Source: Thecamonas trahens ATCC 50062 (taxonomy: Eukaryota > Protista > Apusomonadida). From it: DNA of 64,000 nucleotides. Where the stretch lies: assembly GCF_000142905.1 (NCBI RefSeq), contig NW_013657675.1:124001-188000 (forward strand), in the 5' to 3' direction. This document shows positions 13,178 through 24,283 of this stretch, in pieces. The notes under the pieces were generated by a model. That model was not told the DNA's origin. It made no database searches and saw only the letters and a list, made by a program, of their open reading frames with translations. Made by a program: the position numbers and the translations under genes. Numbering within the stretch: the first letter of the stretch is position 1; every line of letters starts with the position of its first letter.

Positions 13178-13186
13178 ACATATTCA

Positions 13187-14234
13187 CTAGTCTCGCTTGA
13201 CGACCAGTGACTTGTCGACCGGACACACGCCATCAACGCGGAGCCATTGGTCGATGCACGCAGTGTGAAAGGCGTGCTTGCCGGCGCAAGGCAGGATTCG
13301 CACCTCGGTGCCTTCTGTCAAGTCATCGAGGCACACCGTGCACCGCTCGCCGCAGTAGCTACTGTCAGCGGCGAGGGTGGTGGGCGGAGGCAGCGCCGCA
13401 AGGTCGGCGTCGGTCGCTGCCGTCGGCTTGGTCACCGTCTCGTCGAGCCGCAGCAGCCGACTGTAGTCGTCGCCCGTGAGCATGTCATGCGATATGCCTG
13501 AAGACACCAAGGCCGCCATCAGCGGAGCCATGATCGGCGAGGTGCGCGAGAACTCGCGTCCGCTGCGCGAGGCTGATCGAATCACAAAACGGATCGGCGT
13601 CGTCACCACATGACGCGCAGGCACACCCGCCCGCGTCGCCCACCGCAGCATCTCCAGCGGGTTCCGCCGCATTTGCGCAAACAAGTTGCGCACCTCGGCT
13701 TGGCCCAGTGGCCGCGAAAACGACCGCATGTCCAGCCGGACCTCGATGATGCGCACTCCACTGCTTTCCGGCTCTGCCAGCGGAGCCCACTCATCATTAT
13801 CGGTGGCATCTGCACCAGAGGCAGCATTCTTCGCCGGCTGCCGCGGTTGCTGCTTCTTCTGTCGCCGTTCAGCTCACGATCCAGCTCCCGCGCCAGCTCC
13901 TCGTCAGCGTCGACGTCGACCGGCGAGGACCGAGACCCGGTTCCGCTGCGGCGAAGCCGCTGCTGCCGCGACCGCGACCGAGTCTGTCTTGCGCTTTCCC
14001 GCCGCGCTGCACGCAGCGACGGTGGCGTGATGTCGCCGGTCGACGGCGCCAGCATCACCCGACGAGGCGACGCATCGGTCGGAGACGACGGGTACAGCGC
14101 ACCACGCGCAGCAGCGATTTCCGGCTCATCGTCGCCGGTCAAGTCGATGGTCTCGGTGAGGTCGATGGTCGGCACCGCCGAGCTGGCTCTGCTTGCAGTC
14201 GCAGAAGCCGGTGTTGCCGTCGACGACCTGGCCT

Positions 14235-14301
<67 letters not shown>

Positions 14302-14649
14302 GCGGCGCAGCGGCCGCATCCGCTTGGGTGTCCGCCCATTTGGAGGGGTAGACTCTGCGCTCTGGTCATCCATGCCACTACTTCTCGAGCCCATGCCTGA
14401 CAACCGACGGCGCTTGCGGGACGATGCGGCGGCAATGGATGACGTCGACGTCGGCGAGGCCCGAGTTGGCGATGCAGTGCCGATGTCGCTCGGACGGCGC
14501 GGGCCAGCCGAAGGCGTGCGCACAAGCCTCGGTGACGGCGGCAGTCCTGACGAGGTCCTTCGCAGGCCATTGCTGCTTCCGTGTGGTCGGCGAGTCGTCA
14601 AACTTGTGCTCCGTCTCAGCGACTGTGACGGCGATGACGAAGCTTCCAT
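13187..14649 (-). CDS. RING-H2 E3 ligase with SUMO-interacting motifs; apparent 1-nt frameshift near 13860
   Basis: C-terminal CTVCLDD...LPCAGKHAFHTACIDQWL...CPVDK. The upstream frame has TIDLT x2, VDVD and DEELAREL. Adding one base at GAC-AGAAG joins the two frames. Confidence 0.75.
14236..14299. repeat. 9-bp coding tandem repeat (GTCGTCGCC)n encoding (TAT)n on the minus strand
   Basis: About 7 copies read directly. Confidence 0.9.
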
Positions 14650-15019
14650 GTCTCCCGACTTGTCGACTACCAGCACACGCACTCGGCCGAGAAGTGGAGG
14701 AGGTAAGGGGGGATGGGGGGTGGGGATGGGGGTGGGGATGGGGGTGGGGATGGGTGGCGAGTGGCGTGGAGTAGGGTAGAGTGGGGTGTGGGAGGCTTGG
14801 GTGGTGTGGCAGCGACCTCGCCCTGCGGCACGGGTGGTGAAAGGGAGGAGTGACGGCACACAAGCCGAGTCGCGCTGTTCTGGGAGTGCCGAGGAGCGGG
14901 TGGCGGTGGAGGTGGCGAGACCGCCGGCGGGGGTTTGGGGGGGCGATGACGCGGCGACACGGCGGCGGCACGGCAACAATGGCCGACATGGAGTTTAACG
15001 GTGGCAGCAAAGCGATGGC

Positions 15020-16746
15020 TTACTTCTTCTTGGACGCCTTGGGCGGGTTGAACTTCATGAACATGATGTCGCCGTCCTGGACAACGTACGTCTTGCCCTT
15101 CTGCTGCAGCTTGCCGGCAGCCTTGACGCCCGACTCGGTCTCGTGCTCGCGGAGGGCGTCAATAGAGTAGACCTCTGCGCAGATGAAGCCCTTCTCCATG
15201 TCAGTGTGGATGGTGCCGGCGGCGCCGGGTGCCTTGGTCCCCTCCCGGATGGTCCAGCACTTGACCTCGTCGGCGCCGCAGGTGAAGAAGTGGATGAGGT
15301 TGAGCCGCTTGTAGCCGGCAAGAACGATCTTGTCGAGGGCGCTCGAAGCCTTGTTGGACTCGCACCACGCCGCCGCCTGCTCCTCGCCGATCTGCAGGAG
15401 AGTCGTCTCGACCATGCCCGAGAACGGGATGATGGGGTCGTCCGGCATGTTGGTCTGCACGTACTCGAAGAGCTTCTTGAGGTGCTTGTTGCGCTTCTTG
15501 AGATAGTCGCGCTCGGACATGTTGACGAGAACCACCGCAGGCTTGGCGGTGAGGAGGAAGAGCGTGTTGAGGAACTCGATCTCCTTGTTGGTCCACTCGG
15601 CGTGCCGGATCGATGTCCCCGAGTTGAGCACCTCCAGGATCTTCTGCAGCATCTCGGCCTCGGCCTTCTTGGTCTTGTCACCGCGCACCTTGAGCGCCGC
15701 CTCCAGATTGCGCTCCACGTTCTGCACGTCCTTGGCCAGCAGCTCCTCGCGGATGATCTGCAGGTCACGGACCGGGTCCACAGACTCCTCCACATGCGTC
15801 ACCTCGGCGTCGTCAAACACACGCACCACATGGTAGATGCCGTCGACCTGCGCAATGTGCGAGAGGAACTCGTTGCCGAGCCCAGCACCCTCGGCAGCGC
15901 CGCGGACAAGCCCGGCAATGTCAAAGATGGTGAGGAAGGCAGGCACCCGCGAGCCGGGCTGGAACTTCTCGCACAGCCACTCCCAGTCGGCGTCCGGCAC
16001 CGGGATCCGCGCCTTGTTCGGGTCGATGGTGCAGAACGGAAAGCTGTATCACCAACCGCGCCCATTGCCGATACGCACCACACAAGGCCAGGTACGACAC
16101 CCAGAGCAGATACGCACCGCCACAACACCCACAACACCCACAACACCCACAACACCGAAAACACCCACAACACCCACAACACCCACCAGTGAGTCTCTGA
16201 GGTATGCTCCTCTCTCCCGTCACCACCACTTTCGCCCCCAACCGGAGACAGAGGCTCAGACGGAGAGCCCCAGACACGGGCATCCACCACCAGCCATTTG
16301 TCGGGAGGAGGGGGGAGGGGGGGGGGGGGGGGGGGGGGCGGGACCTTTGGCGACCGCCTCCCCACCGCATACCACCACCCCCTCGCCACCCCCAATCACC
16401 CAATCCACGCCCCTTGGTGGCGTGTGGCTCTGCCTTGCAGCTGTGGTGGCTCTGCGGGAGGGAAGGGCGGGAGGGAAGGGCGGGAGGGGGGGGGGGGGGG
16501 GGGCAGCTGGGCTGGGCCTGTGGGGTAGGTCGCAAAGAGCGGCTGACCGCCGGGGTCGGGGAAGGGGCGAGCAAGGGCAAGGAGGACGTACTTGGAGGCC
16601 GGAACATCGAGCTTGGAGAGAGTGTTGAACAGAGTCGACTTGCCGACGTTGGGCAGGCCGACAATGCCCATCTTGAGGTTGTTGCCGGGGCGGCCAAGGA
16701 GCAGCTTGCCCGAGTCGGCGTCGTTCTTCTTGCGGCGGGCGGACAT
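15020..16746 (-). CDS. OLA1: Obg-like ATPase OLA1/YchF; exons 16746..16592 and 16043..15020
   Basis: [14 protein letters not shown]|[31 protein letters not shown] domain ([17 protein letters not shown]). GTACGT..CAG intron at 16591..16044. Confidence 0.97.
16121..16187. repeat. 9-bp tandem repeat (CACAACACC)n in the OLA1 intron
   Basis: About 7 copies, one a variant (GAAAACACC). Confidence 0.85.
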
Positions 16747-17028
16747 GGTGGTCGGTCGCTAGAGAGGGGTGCCGGGCAGGGACGGTCGGCGGGAGTCGAC
16801 GGCCGGCGGCCGACGGCCGGTCATCAGCATCGTCGCTCGAGGCGCGAGTCGCTCGTAAATCGTTCGCTTTCTAACTAGCTAGTTCATCGCTCTAATCGCA
16901 ACGCGCGCACATTATCAGGAAACTACTTCTGTACTGCTTAGCCTCCCCCCCCCTCCTCCCCCTCCCCCACCTTCTCGCGCCGGTCGCCACAGGTTGTCAG
17001 AACGCGGCGATCGGACTACAGCCGCGTA

Positions 17029-17595
17029 CTACGCCTGCTGCTCCGCAATCGGATTGGCGTGGATGGTGACCGAGTCGATGACAATGTCGCGGAGTGGGCG
17101 GTCGTCATCGTTGCTCGGCACACGCTCCATGACGTCAAGGACGTCAAAACCGTCGATGACTCGACCAAACACGGTGTTGGTCCCGTCGAGCTGCGGCTGC
17201 GGCGCGTAGGCAATAAAGAACTGGGAACCGTTTGTGTCTGGCCCTGCGTTGGCGCACGAGATCGTCCCGCGTGCGCTGTGTCCGATGCCGGGCACAATCT
17301 CGTCCGGGAACGGCTTGCCCCACACCGACTTGCCGCCGCTCCCACTTCCCTCGGGATCCCCGCCTTGTACAATAAACCCCGGGATGTTGCGGTGGAAGCA
17401 CGTCCCGTCGTAGTAGCCGCTCGCTGCGAGAGCCAGAAAGTTCTCTGTCGCCAGTGGCGTCTCCATCAGCAGCTCCAGCTTGATGTCACCCAGCGAGGTG
17501 TGGAGCGTCACCGACTGTCCGTCACCGCCCCCCACCAACCCCATGCAGCATGAGTCGCCCATACACACGCCCATGCACACGCCCAATCTTACCGC

Positions 17596-17626
<31 letters not shown>

Positions 17627-17668
17627 CCACCCACACCACCGCCCCCCTAGTTGCATGTCACATACCAT
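17029..17668 (-). CDS. PPIL3: Cyclophilin PPIL3-like; exon 1 is the ATG only (17668..17666), exon 2 is 17514..17029
   Basis: M|SVTLHTSLGDIKLE..TPLATENFLALAASGYYDG..FHRNI.GF.VQGGDP..TIHANP. ATG|GTATGT donor and CAG acceptor give a 162-aa protein. Confidence 0.9.
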
Positions 17669-18050
17669 AGCCAAGTCGCGTCGAGTGTCTCCCCCCACCC
17701 CCAAACCACCTATACCAAAGCAGCATAAGAGCCGTGCAGCTACACCAGACAAGAAAAACGATAGGAGAACCCTACTCTATTCTTCAGAAGCGATGTTTGC
17801 CTGCATGGAAATTTAGATGGCTGTTAGTTTATCGGGAATATGGATAGGTAAAAAAAGGACTAGGTTGACGTCTCTCACGGCTGGAGATCTCGACGCGNNN
17901 NNNNNNNNNNNNNNNNNNNNNNNNNNNNNNNNNNNNNNNNNNNNNNNNNNNNNNNNNNNNNNNNNNNNNNNNNNNNNNNNNNNNNNNNNNNNNNNNNCCC
18001 CCCCCCGACCCCAACCCACCAACACCAACACCGGCGCCCGACAAACTTCA

Positions 18051-19514
18051 CTAACGCTCGCCAACCACGGCTGCGCCAAACCGATGGAACCGATCATACG
18101 CATCGGTGAGGACGCTACCAGAGAGCGAGCGCTGCAGGACAAAGCTCATCATCTTGGTCTGGAGCCAGCCCTTGTCGGCGGTCGAGTGGATCTGCGACGA
18201 GACGTTGAGAGCAAGGGCCTGGAGCTCGCGGATGTAGTCATGCCGCTGCTGCGACCATGTCCTCAGCGCGGCCGTCGCGCTGTCGCTGTCGCAAAGTGCC
18301 GCGCCAATCGAGACGCCGTCGTCGATTGCCAGCGACGTGCCGAGACCAAAGACCGGAAGCATGGCGTGCGCGGCAGAGCCAACCAGGGCCACAGGCGCCC
18401 GCGTCGGCGATGTGTACGTCTCGAGCGCCACATGCGGTGGATACCGCATTTGAATAAACTCCGACTTGCTCGCATCCAGCTCGTCGAGCACTGCCCGCAC
18501 CTGCGGTGCCTCAAAATCCTCGTATGCTGCCAGGAGCTGCTTCCGCCGCACCTCGTGCGAGAGCGGCGGCGGCTTGGGCGATTTGGCCGCAAAGGTAAAC
18601 ATGACGTACGCCTTGGTCGGCGAGACTGGCACAATCCGCACCGCCCGCCCGTTGTCGATCACATGGCTCAGTGCGCTCATGTCGATGCCCGCAGCCTCCG
18701 GCACATCCACAATGGTGTGCCAGTAGCCCCACCCGCCGTACAGAATCTTTTCACCGCTCGCCTCCTTGTCGGCAAACGCCAGCTCACGCGTCTTGGACCC
18801 AACTCCGTCGGCGCCCACCACAGCTTGCAGAATGGCCTGCGAGGTCTGCGCTGCGGCGCCCTTGCCGCGGTCGATCCGAGCCAGCAGCGCCTCTGACTCT
18901 GAGATGGGATCAATCGCCCCAAACGTGGCCTCGTGCACAATTGGAATTTTGCGCGCCACCGCCGCGTTCCACATCACCTCATGGAGGACCCGTGATGAAA
19001 CGCCGAGCACCGGGGCGCCCGCAGGCAGTCCGAGCCTCACAGCAGCCGCGTGGTAATCGAGCTCCGCCAGCACTGATCCCTTGCGGTACACCACCATCCG
19101 ATCCAGCGCCACACCCTGCTTGTCCACATCCGGCACTCCCAGAGCCTCCAGTTGCGCCACCGCCCCATGGCTCAGCACCGTACCGACTCCGGCGTACTCG
19201 GAGCCGTAGCTCGAGTGCGGCGCGGCATCGAGGACCATGGCCTCCCCACCGCGCGCAGCCAGCGCCAGTGCCGTCGCCAGACCCGCCACGCCGCCACCTG
19301 CCACGCCCACCATCCGTGCGCCTGCCGCCTGCTCCGCCACACTCTGTCCTGTCTCCTCCCCGCGCGCTGCTCCTCCTCGGCTCCGCCGGCTCTGCCTGCT
19401 CTCCTTGCGCGCCTTCCGGCTTGTCTTGCCCGACGCACTCCGCACACTCCCACAAACCACCACCCGCCGCCAACCTCCGGCTGCTCCAGCTGCTCCCGCC
19501 GACAACCGCAGCAT
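18051..19514 (-). CDS. FAD-dependent monooxygenase (UbiH/salicylate hydroxylase-like), probable mitochondrial presequence
   Basis: VAGGGVAGLATA Rossmann motif, VVGADGVGS.TR, ALVGSAAHAMLP..G.G.SLAIDD. Arg-rich N-terminus MLRLSAG. Confidence 0.85.
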   Translation of the reverse strand: MLRLSAGAAGAAGGWRRVVVCGSVRSASGKTSRKARKESRQSRRSRGGAARGEETGQSVAEQAAGARMVGVAGGGVAGLATALALAARGGEAMVLDAAPHSSYGSEYAGVGTVLSHGAVAQLEALGVPDVDKQGVALDRMVVYRKGSVLAELDYHAAAVRLGLPAGAPVLGVSSRVLHEVMWNAAVARKIPIVHEATFGAIDPISESEALLARIDRGKGAAAQTSQAILQAVVGADGVGSKTRELAFADKEASGEKILYGGWGYWHTIVDVPEAAGIDMSALSHVIDNGRAVRIVPVSPTKAYVMFTFAAKSPKPPPLSHEVRRKQLLAAYEDFEAPQVRAVLDELDASKSEFIQMRYPPHVALETYTSPTRAPVALVGSAAHAMLPVFGLGTSLAIDDGVSIGAALCDSDSATAALRTWSQQRHDYIRELQALALNVSSQIHSTADKGWLQTKMMSFVLQRSLSGSVLTDAYDRFHRFGAAVVGER

Positions 19515-19770
19515 CACTCCTCTTCTCCTTGTCTCGAGTTGGATGTCCCCTCCCCGTCCCCACCCCCCACCCGACCCCACACGCCTCATGTCCCACCTCG
19601 GCCTGGATGCGGATCGCCCACGCAACACGCCACACGCCGCCCGCGCTCATCACCGCTACCTGTCTCGCCACCACACATCGAAGCCCTTACACACACACCC
19701 TCTCTCTCTCTTACTCCTCGCTAGACAAGCTCCCACTTGCGCTGTTGGTCTCATCGCTGCACTCGCTGCT

Positions 19771-21249
19771 ATGGCTGCTTGTGTGGCTGATAAGCTCGAG
19801 GTGAGCCAATGGGCGGGAGACGTCGCTAAGCTCCTCGTTCAGCTCCGCGTTCTGGTCGCTGCGCACAAGAATGAGCTTGCGCATCCGACTGCATGGCCGC
19901 TGGTGGCTACTGCTCTGGGCGGTGCGCCAGGTGTCGAGGTTGATGTTGGCGATGGGCGAGAGAGTGCCCGTGCTGCCGCTGGTGTGCTCGTCGGTGGAGC
20001 CATCAAGCACAGCCCGACGCCCGAGTCGGTCGAGCTCATTAGCTTGATGATCGGGGCAGATGTGAGGCCCTGGATCGACCGCGCCTCTGATCTCGCGCGT
20101 GGGCCGAGTGCACTGTGCACTGACGCACGTGAGGGCGCTTCCGCCGCTCCGCATCATCCGCTTTGGCCGATCTTTGCCCGCGGCATGAAGCCCAAGAAGC
20201 AGCACGAGGTCCGCGCGGTCTGCAACGTCGTCGGCGACTTGCTCGGTGCCCAGGCGGCCGCCAGCGTCGTCGTTGACCTGGGATCAGGCAAGGGCTACGT
20301 TCCGCAGTGGCTGGCAGCTGCGCTCGGCGCCACTGTCGTGTGTGTCGAGGGCGAGGCCGCGTACACCGCATCGGCCAAGAAGCGGTTGGCCAAGATCGTG
20401 GCCCAGATCGCCAAGCGTGAGCCCGACCGCGCTGCCGCGCTCGACGCAGCCGTCCACCACGTGGTCGCCCGGCTTGAGCCGGACCAGCCGTGTCCGCCTC
20501 TCGTTCCCGACACTCTGGCCAGCGCTGCGTCGACCACTGTCCTCATGGGCCTGCACACCTGCGGCGATTTGGCTGCCACCGTCATGCGGTCGTACGTGGC
20601 GTCGTCATTTCATGCTCTCGCTCTTGCCCCGTGCTGCTACAACTTGCGGACCGAGGCCGGCTTTCCTCTCTCGATCGGTGTCGGTGCCCCGCTCGCCGAC
20701 GCCGGTGTGGTCATCGGTGGCAACGAGCGCAACACATCTGTCCACTGCGTCCACAAGTGGGCCGACGCCCAGTTTCGTGAGAATGAGCTCGTCGATCGCA
20801 TTGAGGCCTTGTTTGTCCGCGCTGCTGCCGGCTACATGGCAACAGCTGCCGCCGCCAGCACCTCCGCACCACTGCCAAGCGGTTCGGCTGCCATCTGGCG
20901 CGACGACGCACTCGCCACCGCCCGCCGCCTCGCGCCGGACGCCGATCCCACGCACCTCGCAGCGCACTACGACTCTCTGGTCTCTGCCGCCGGTGGGAGC
21001 GAAGAGCTCGCTTTTGCCCGCTATTCCGCCCTCTACACTCTGCTCAACGTCCTCGCACCCGTCCTCGAGATGATGTTTCTCGTCGACGGTGCCGCCTACC
21101 TACACGAAGCCGGCATCCATGCCCAAGTCCGTGAAGTATTCGACGGCATCCTCTCGCCACGAGCCCACATGATCATCGCCCGTCGATCGCCACAAGCGCC
21201 GCCGCACCTACCTAGCCTGGCTGCTGGCAGAGTGACGTCCGAGTCATAG
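19771..21249 (+). CDS. METTL25/RRNAD1-like SAM-dependent methyltransferase
   Basis: MKPKKQHEV, VVDLGSGKGY, GLHTCGDL, PCCY, VFDGILSPR. Start taken at ATG 19771. Confidence 0.85.
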   Translation: MAACVADKLEVSQWAGDVAKLLVQLRVLVAAHKNELAHPTAWPLVATALGGAPGVEVDVGDGRESARAAAGVLVGGAIKHSPTPESVELISLMIGADVRPWIDRASDLARGPSALCTDAREGASAAPHHPLWPIFARGMKPKKQHEVRAVCNVVGDLLGAQAAASVVVDLGSGKGYVPQWLAAALGATVVCVEGEAAYTASAKKRLAKIVAQIAKREPDRAAALDAAVHHVVARLEPDQPCPPLVPDTLASAASTTVLMGLHTCGDLAATVMRSYVASSFHALALAPCCYNLRTEAGFPLSIGVGAPLADAGVVIGGNERNTSVHCVHKWADAQFRENELVDRIEALFVRAAAGYMATAAAASTSAPLPSGSAAIWRDDALATARRLAPDADPTHLAAHYDSLVSAAGGSEELAFARYSALYTLLNVLAPVLEMMFLVDGAAYLHEAGIHAQVREVFDGILSPRAHMIIARRSPQAPPHLPSLAAGRVTSES

Positions 21250-21398
21250 CTGGCTGGCTGGCTCCCCACTCTCCCCGCCAAAAAAACCGCTCCGTCGGCG
21301 CGTGCTCGCGGCACGTGACCGAAGCGCTGACCACCACCACGCGCTCCTCACGCTCCACCCACGTCAGACTCGACTCTTCTTTCGGATTTGTGGACCAC

Positions 21399-22685
21399 AT
21401 GCTCATGACTGTGGGAAAGACCTGGCTGGTGCTGTGTGTGGCGGTGGCGGTGGTGGCATGCGGTGTGCTGCCTGTGGCCTCTGGCCTGCCTGACTCGGTG
21501 GTGGACGCTCTTGCCCGCGCCCCGTTCCACGTCGATGCCGAATCGCTGCTGTCGCCGCCTGGCGAGCTGGTCATGGACGTCCACAACGAGTACCCGTGGC
21601 TCAACGCCGAAGAGGCCGAGGCCGTCGCGAGCCTCATGTTCAACCGCAAGCTCCTTGCGCCCGAGGAGGAGGAGGCCGCCGTCGCGCCTACCGAGGCGAT
21701 GCCGTCGCTCTCGGCGGCCATCAACTGCCCGCGGCTGACGCCGCGTGCGCCGCCGGCGGACGTCGGCTCGGTCAAGCCGGTCGACATTGTGGCCATGGGC
21801 GCCATCGGCGACTCGTACACCACGGCGTCCAACGCCAAGTCGTCCAACTGGCTCAACATGAAGTGGTATCCGGGCCTGTCGTGGGCCATGGGCGCCGACG
21901 CCGACACGGTCACAGCCTTCAACATCATGAGGGCTGTGGCCCGCCCGGACGTGGCCGGCGGCTCGATCGGCGTCGGTGATGCTTCCTCGAACATGTTTAA
22001 CAACCGCGCCGTCGGCGGCGCGATTGTGCAGGACATGGTGGCCCAGGCTAACGAGCTTGTGGCCACCTTCAAGTCGTCCATGAACACCACCCAGTACGTC
22101 AACGGGTGGAAGACCGTCAACGTGTTCATCGGCGGCAACAACCTGTGCAAGGTCTGCGACTCGTACTCGAGCAACTCGCCGCCGGTGTACGAGGACAACC
22201 TCCGCGCCGCGCTCAACGTTCTGGCCACCATCCCGCGGTCGATTGTGTCGGTCGTGCCCATCCTCGACGGCACGCAGCTCCGCCACTTCCCGGGCCCGCT
22301 CAACAAGATTGCGCTCGGCATCGTCTGCCCGTGCTTTGCCGGCACCAACTCGGACAAGATCGCCGCCACCCAAAAGGCCATTAACGAGTACAACGACATC
22401 ATGGCCTCGCTCGTCGACGAGTTTAACGCCAAGACCGGTGCCGACCAGGCCTTTGTCATCCAGCCCTTCCTCGTCGGCTTTGAGCTCCCGTCCGGCAACG
22501 CTGGCAAGGCCTACCTCTGCACTGCTGACTCGTTCCATCCCTCACCGCTCGGCCACGCCCTCTTTGGCACCGGCCTGTGGAACAACATGATCGAGCCCGT
22601 CGGCGCCAAGTCGCGCCTCTCGACCTCGACCACCATCAAGTGCCCAACCGACGCCGACTTTATCTACACGCCCAAGTCGACGTAG
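21399..22685 (+). CDS. Secreted GDSL/SGNH lipase, phospholipase B1-like
   Basis: Signal peptide, AIGDSYTTA, N.AV.GA, WK.V..FIGGNNLC, DSFHPS..GH, LWNNMIEPVG.K. Confidence 0.9.
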   Translation: MLMTVGKTWLVLCVAVAVVACGVLPVASGLPDSVVDALARAPFHVDAESLLSPPGELVMDVHNEYPWLNAEEAEAVASLMFNRKLLAPEEEEAAVAPTEAMPSLSAAINCPRLTPRAPPADVGSVKPVDIVAMGAIGDSYTTASNAKSSNWLNMKWYPGLSWAMGADADTVTAFNIMRAVARPDVAGGSIGVGDASSNMFNNRAVGGAIVQDMVAQANELVATFKSSMNTTQYVNGWKTVNVFIGGNNLCKVCDSYSSNSPPVYEDNLRAALNVLATIPRSIVSVVPILDGTQLRHFPGPLNKIALGIVCPCFAGTNSDKIAATQKAINEYNDIMASLVDEFNAKTGADQAFVIQPFLVGFELPSGNAGKAYLCTADSFHPSPLGHALFGTGLWNNMIEPVGAKSRLSTSTTIKCPTDADFIYTPKST

Positions 22686-22789
22686 CTAGCTTGCCCACTC
22701 ACGTTCGTTCTTTCTTTCTCTCTTTCTCTCCACCAGCAAACATCACATTCATACCCGCACTCATTTACTCTTTGCTTTGTCGTGGCAAC

Positions 22790-23854
22790 CTACATCCGCG
22801 ACACAAGCGCGTCGTCGTGGACCAGGTTGTCAAAGAGCGTCGACGGCGCGGCACCCTCAAAGCAGATGGCATTGATGGCGGTGAAGAGCGGAAAGTTGCC
22901 GCGGGCGCCGGCCTTATCGATGGCCTTTATCACCTCGATGGTGGTGAGCGTGCCCTGCAGCTTCTGTCCACCGAGCAGCTCGGCCTCGAGCTCGTCCCAG
23001 CTCTTGCCCGACGCCACAAAGGCCTCGGCGCACTTGCGGTTGCGCCCGCCGTAGCAGGTGGTGATGAGATCGGCAAGGCCGCACGACTCAAAGTACGTCG
23101 TCAGCTCACCGGCACCGTTGAAAAAGGTCTGGGTAAACTGGCGCATCTCGAGCAGGCCGATGCGGATGACTGCAGCCTTGGTGTTGTTGCCGAGCTTGAG
23201 CCCGTCGCAAAAGCCGGCGCCGAGCGCCACAACGTTCTTGATAGCGCCGCAGAGCTCGACCGCCACCGGATCCGGCACAATGGCGACCCGAAAGTACTTG
23301 GTCTGGAACAGCCGGCACCAGAGCTTGCCGTTCGCCTCGTGGTGGTACCCGATGGTTGTCTCGGAAAACTCCTCGCGCGCCACCTCGTTGGCGATGTTGG
23401 CGCCCATCAGGACCGCGCACGGCATGCCCAGCTGTGCCGTGATGTACTCGGAGAGCAGGACAATGCCATCGTCGTCGACGTCAAAGCCCTTGATGAGCGT
23501 GATTGCCCGTGCACCCGGCGCCGCCGCGTCCTTGATCGACGCGCAAAGCCGCGGGAGGAACTGGTGCGGGAGGCAGAAGATGAGCAGCGTCGCGCCGGAC
23601 ACCGCTGCCGCTGCATCCGGCACCGCCACCAAGTTCTCCGGCAGCTTCACCCCGGGCAGGTACTTGGGGTTCTCGTGATCCTCGTTGATGATCTCGGTCA
23701 GCTTGCGCCCGTCCACCTGCTCCTCAAACACCCACATGTTGACCTCGCTGGCCACATCATCCAGCCGCGCAGCATTCGACGCCACGATCTTCCCCGCCGT
23801 CGAGCCCCAGTTGCCCGATCCCAGCACGCAAACCTTTTCCATCGTAGCAGCCAT
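22790..23854 (-). CDS. GPD1: NAD-dependent glycerol-3-phosphate dehydrogenase, ending in -SRM
   Basis: VLGSGNWGS, HENPKYLPG, LMGANIANEVA, CGAIKNVVA, ESCGLADLITTCYGGRN, GQKLQG. Start at 23854 or 23842. Confidence 0.96.
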   Translation of the reverse strand: MAATMEKVCVLGSGNWGSTAGKIVASNAARLDDVASEVNMWVFEEQVDGRKLTEIINEDHENPKYLPGVKLPENLVAVPDAAAAVSGATLLIFCLPHQFLPRLCASIKDAAAPGARAITLIKGFDVDDDGIVLLSEYITAQLGMPCAVLMGANIANEVAREEFSETTIGYHHEANGKLWCRLFQTKYFRVAIVPDPVAVELCGAIKNVVALGAGFCDGLKLGNNTKAAVIRIGLLEMRQFTQTFFNGAGELTTYFESCGLADLITTCYGGRNRKCAEAFVASGKSWDELEAELLGGQKLQGTLTTIEVIKAIDKAGARGNFPLFTAINAICFEGAAPSTLFDNLVHDDALVSRM

Positions 23855-24283
23855 TATGTCTGTCGCCCGGTGCACACACAGCGCCAGCACCACCACCACC
23901 ACCACCACCCCCCCGTTCCCCGTCCCGTCGTCCGCCATAAGTGCCGTCCTTCCGACCACATACACACACATGTACACACACTCTCTCTCCCTCCCTCCCT
24001 CCCCCTCTCATTACCCCGTACCACAGTCAAGTTCAGTGGTGCAGCCTCGTCCGTCTCGCCGTTCAAACCTGGTGTGCCTGGGGCTTTGCCGCCTCGTCTG
24101 CTGTTTGACGAGTTGTTTTTGTTCGTTTCGGCGGTGGTTGCCCACGTGGCAGGCCTGGGCCAGACCATCATGGGCCAGACTGAGGGGCCGCCGCTTGGGC
24201 GAGAAACAATCCGGCAGTCCATCAGTCTGCCGATATTCCTTTTCCAGTCTCCTTGCGGCACTGTCGATGTGACGCTGCTACCC

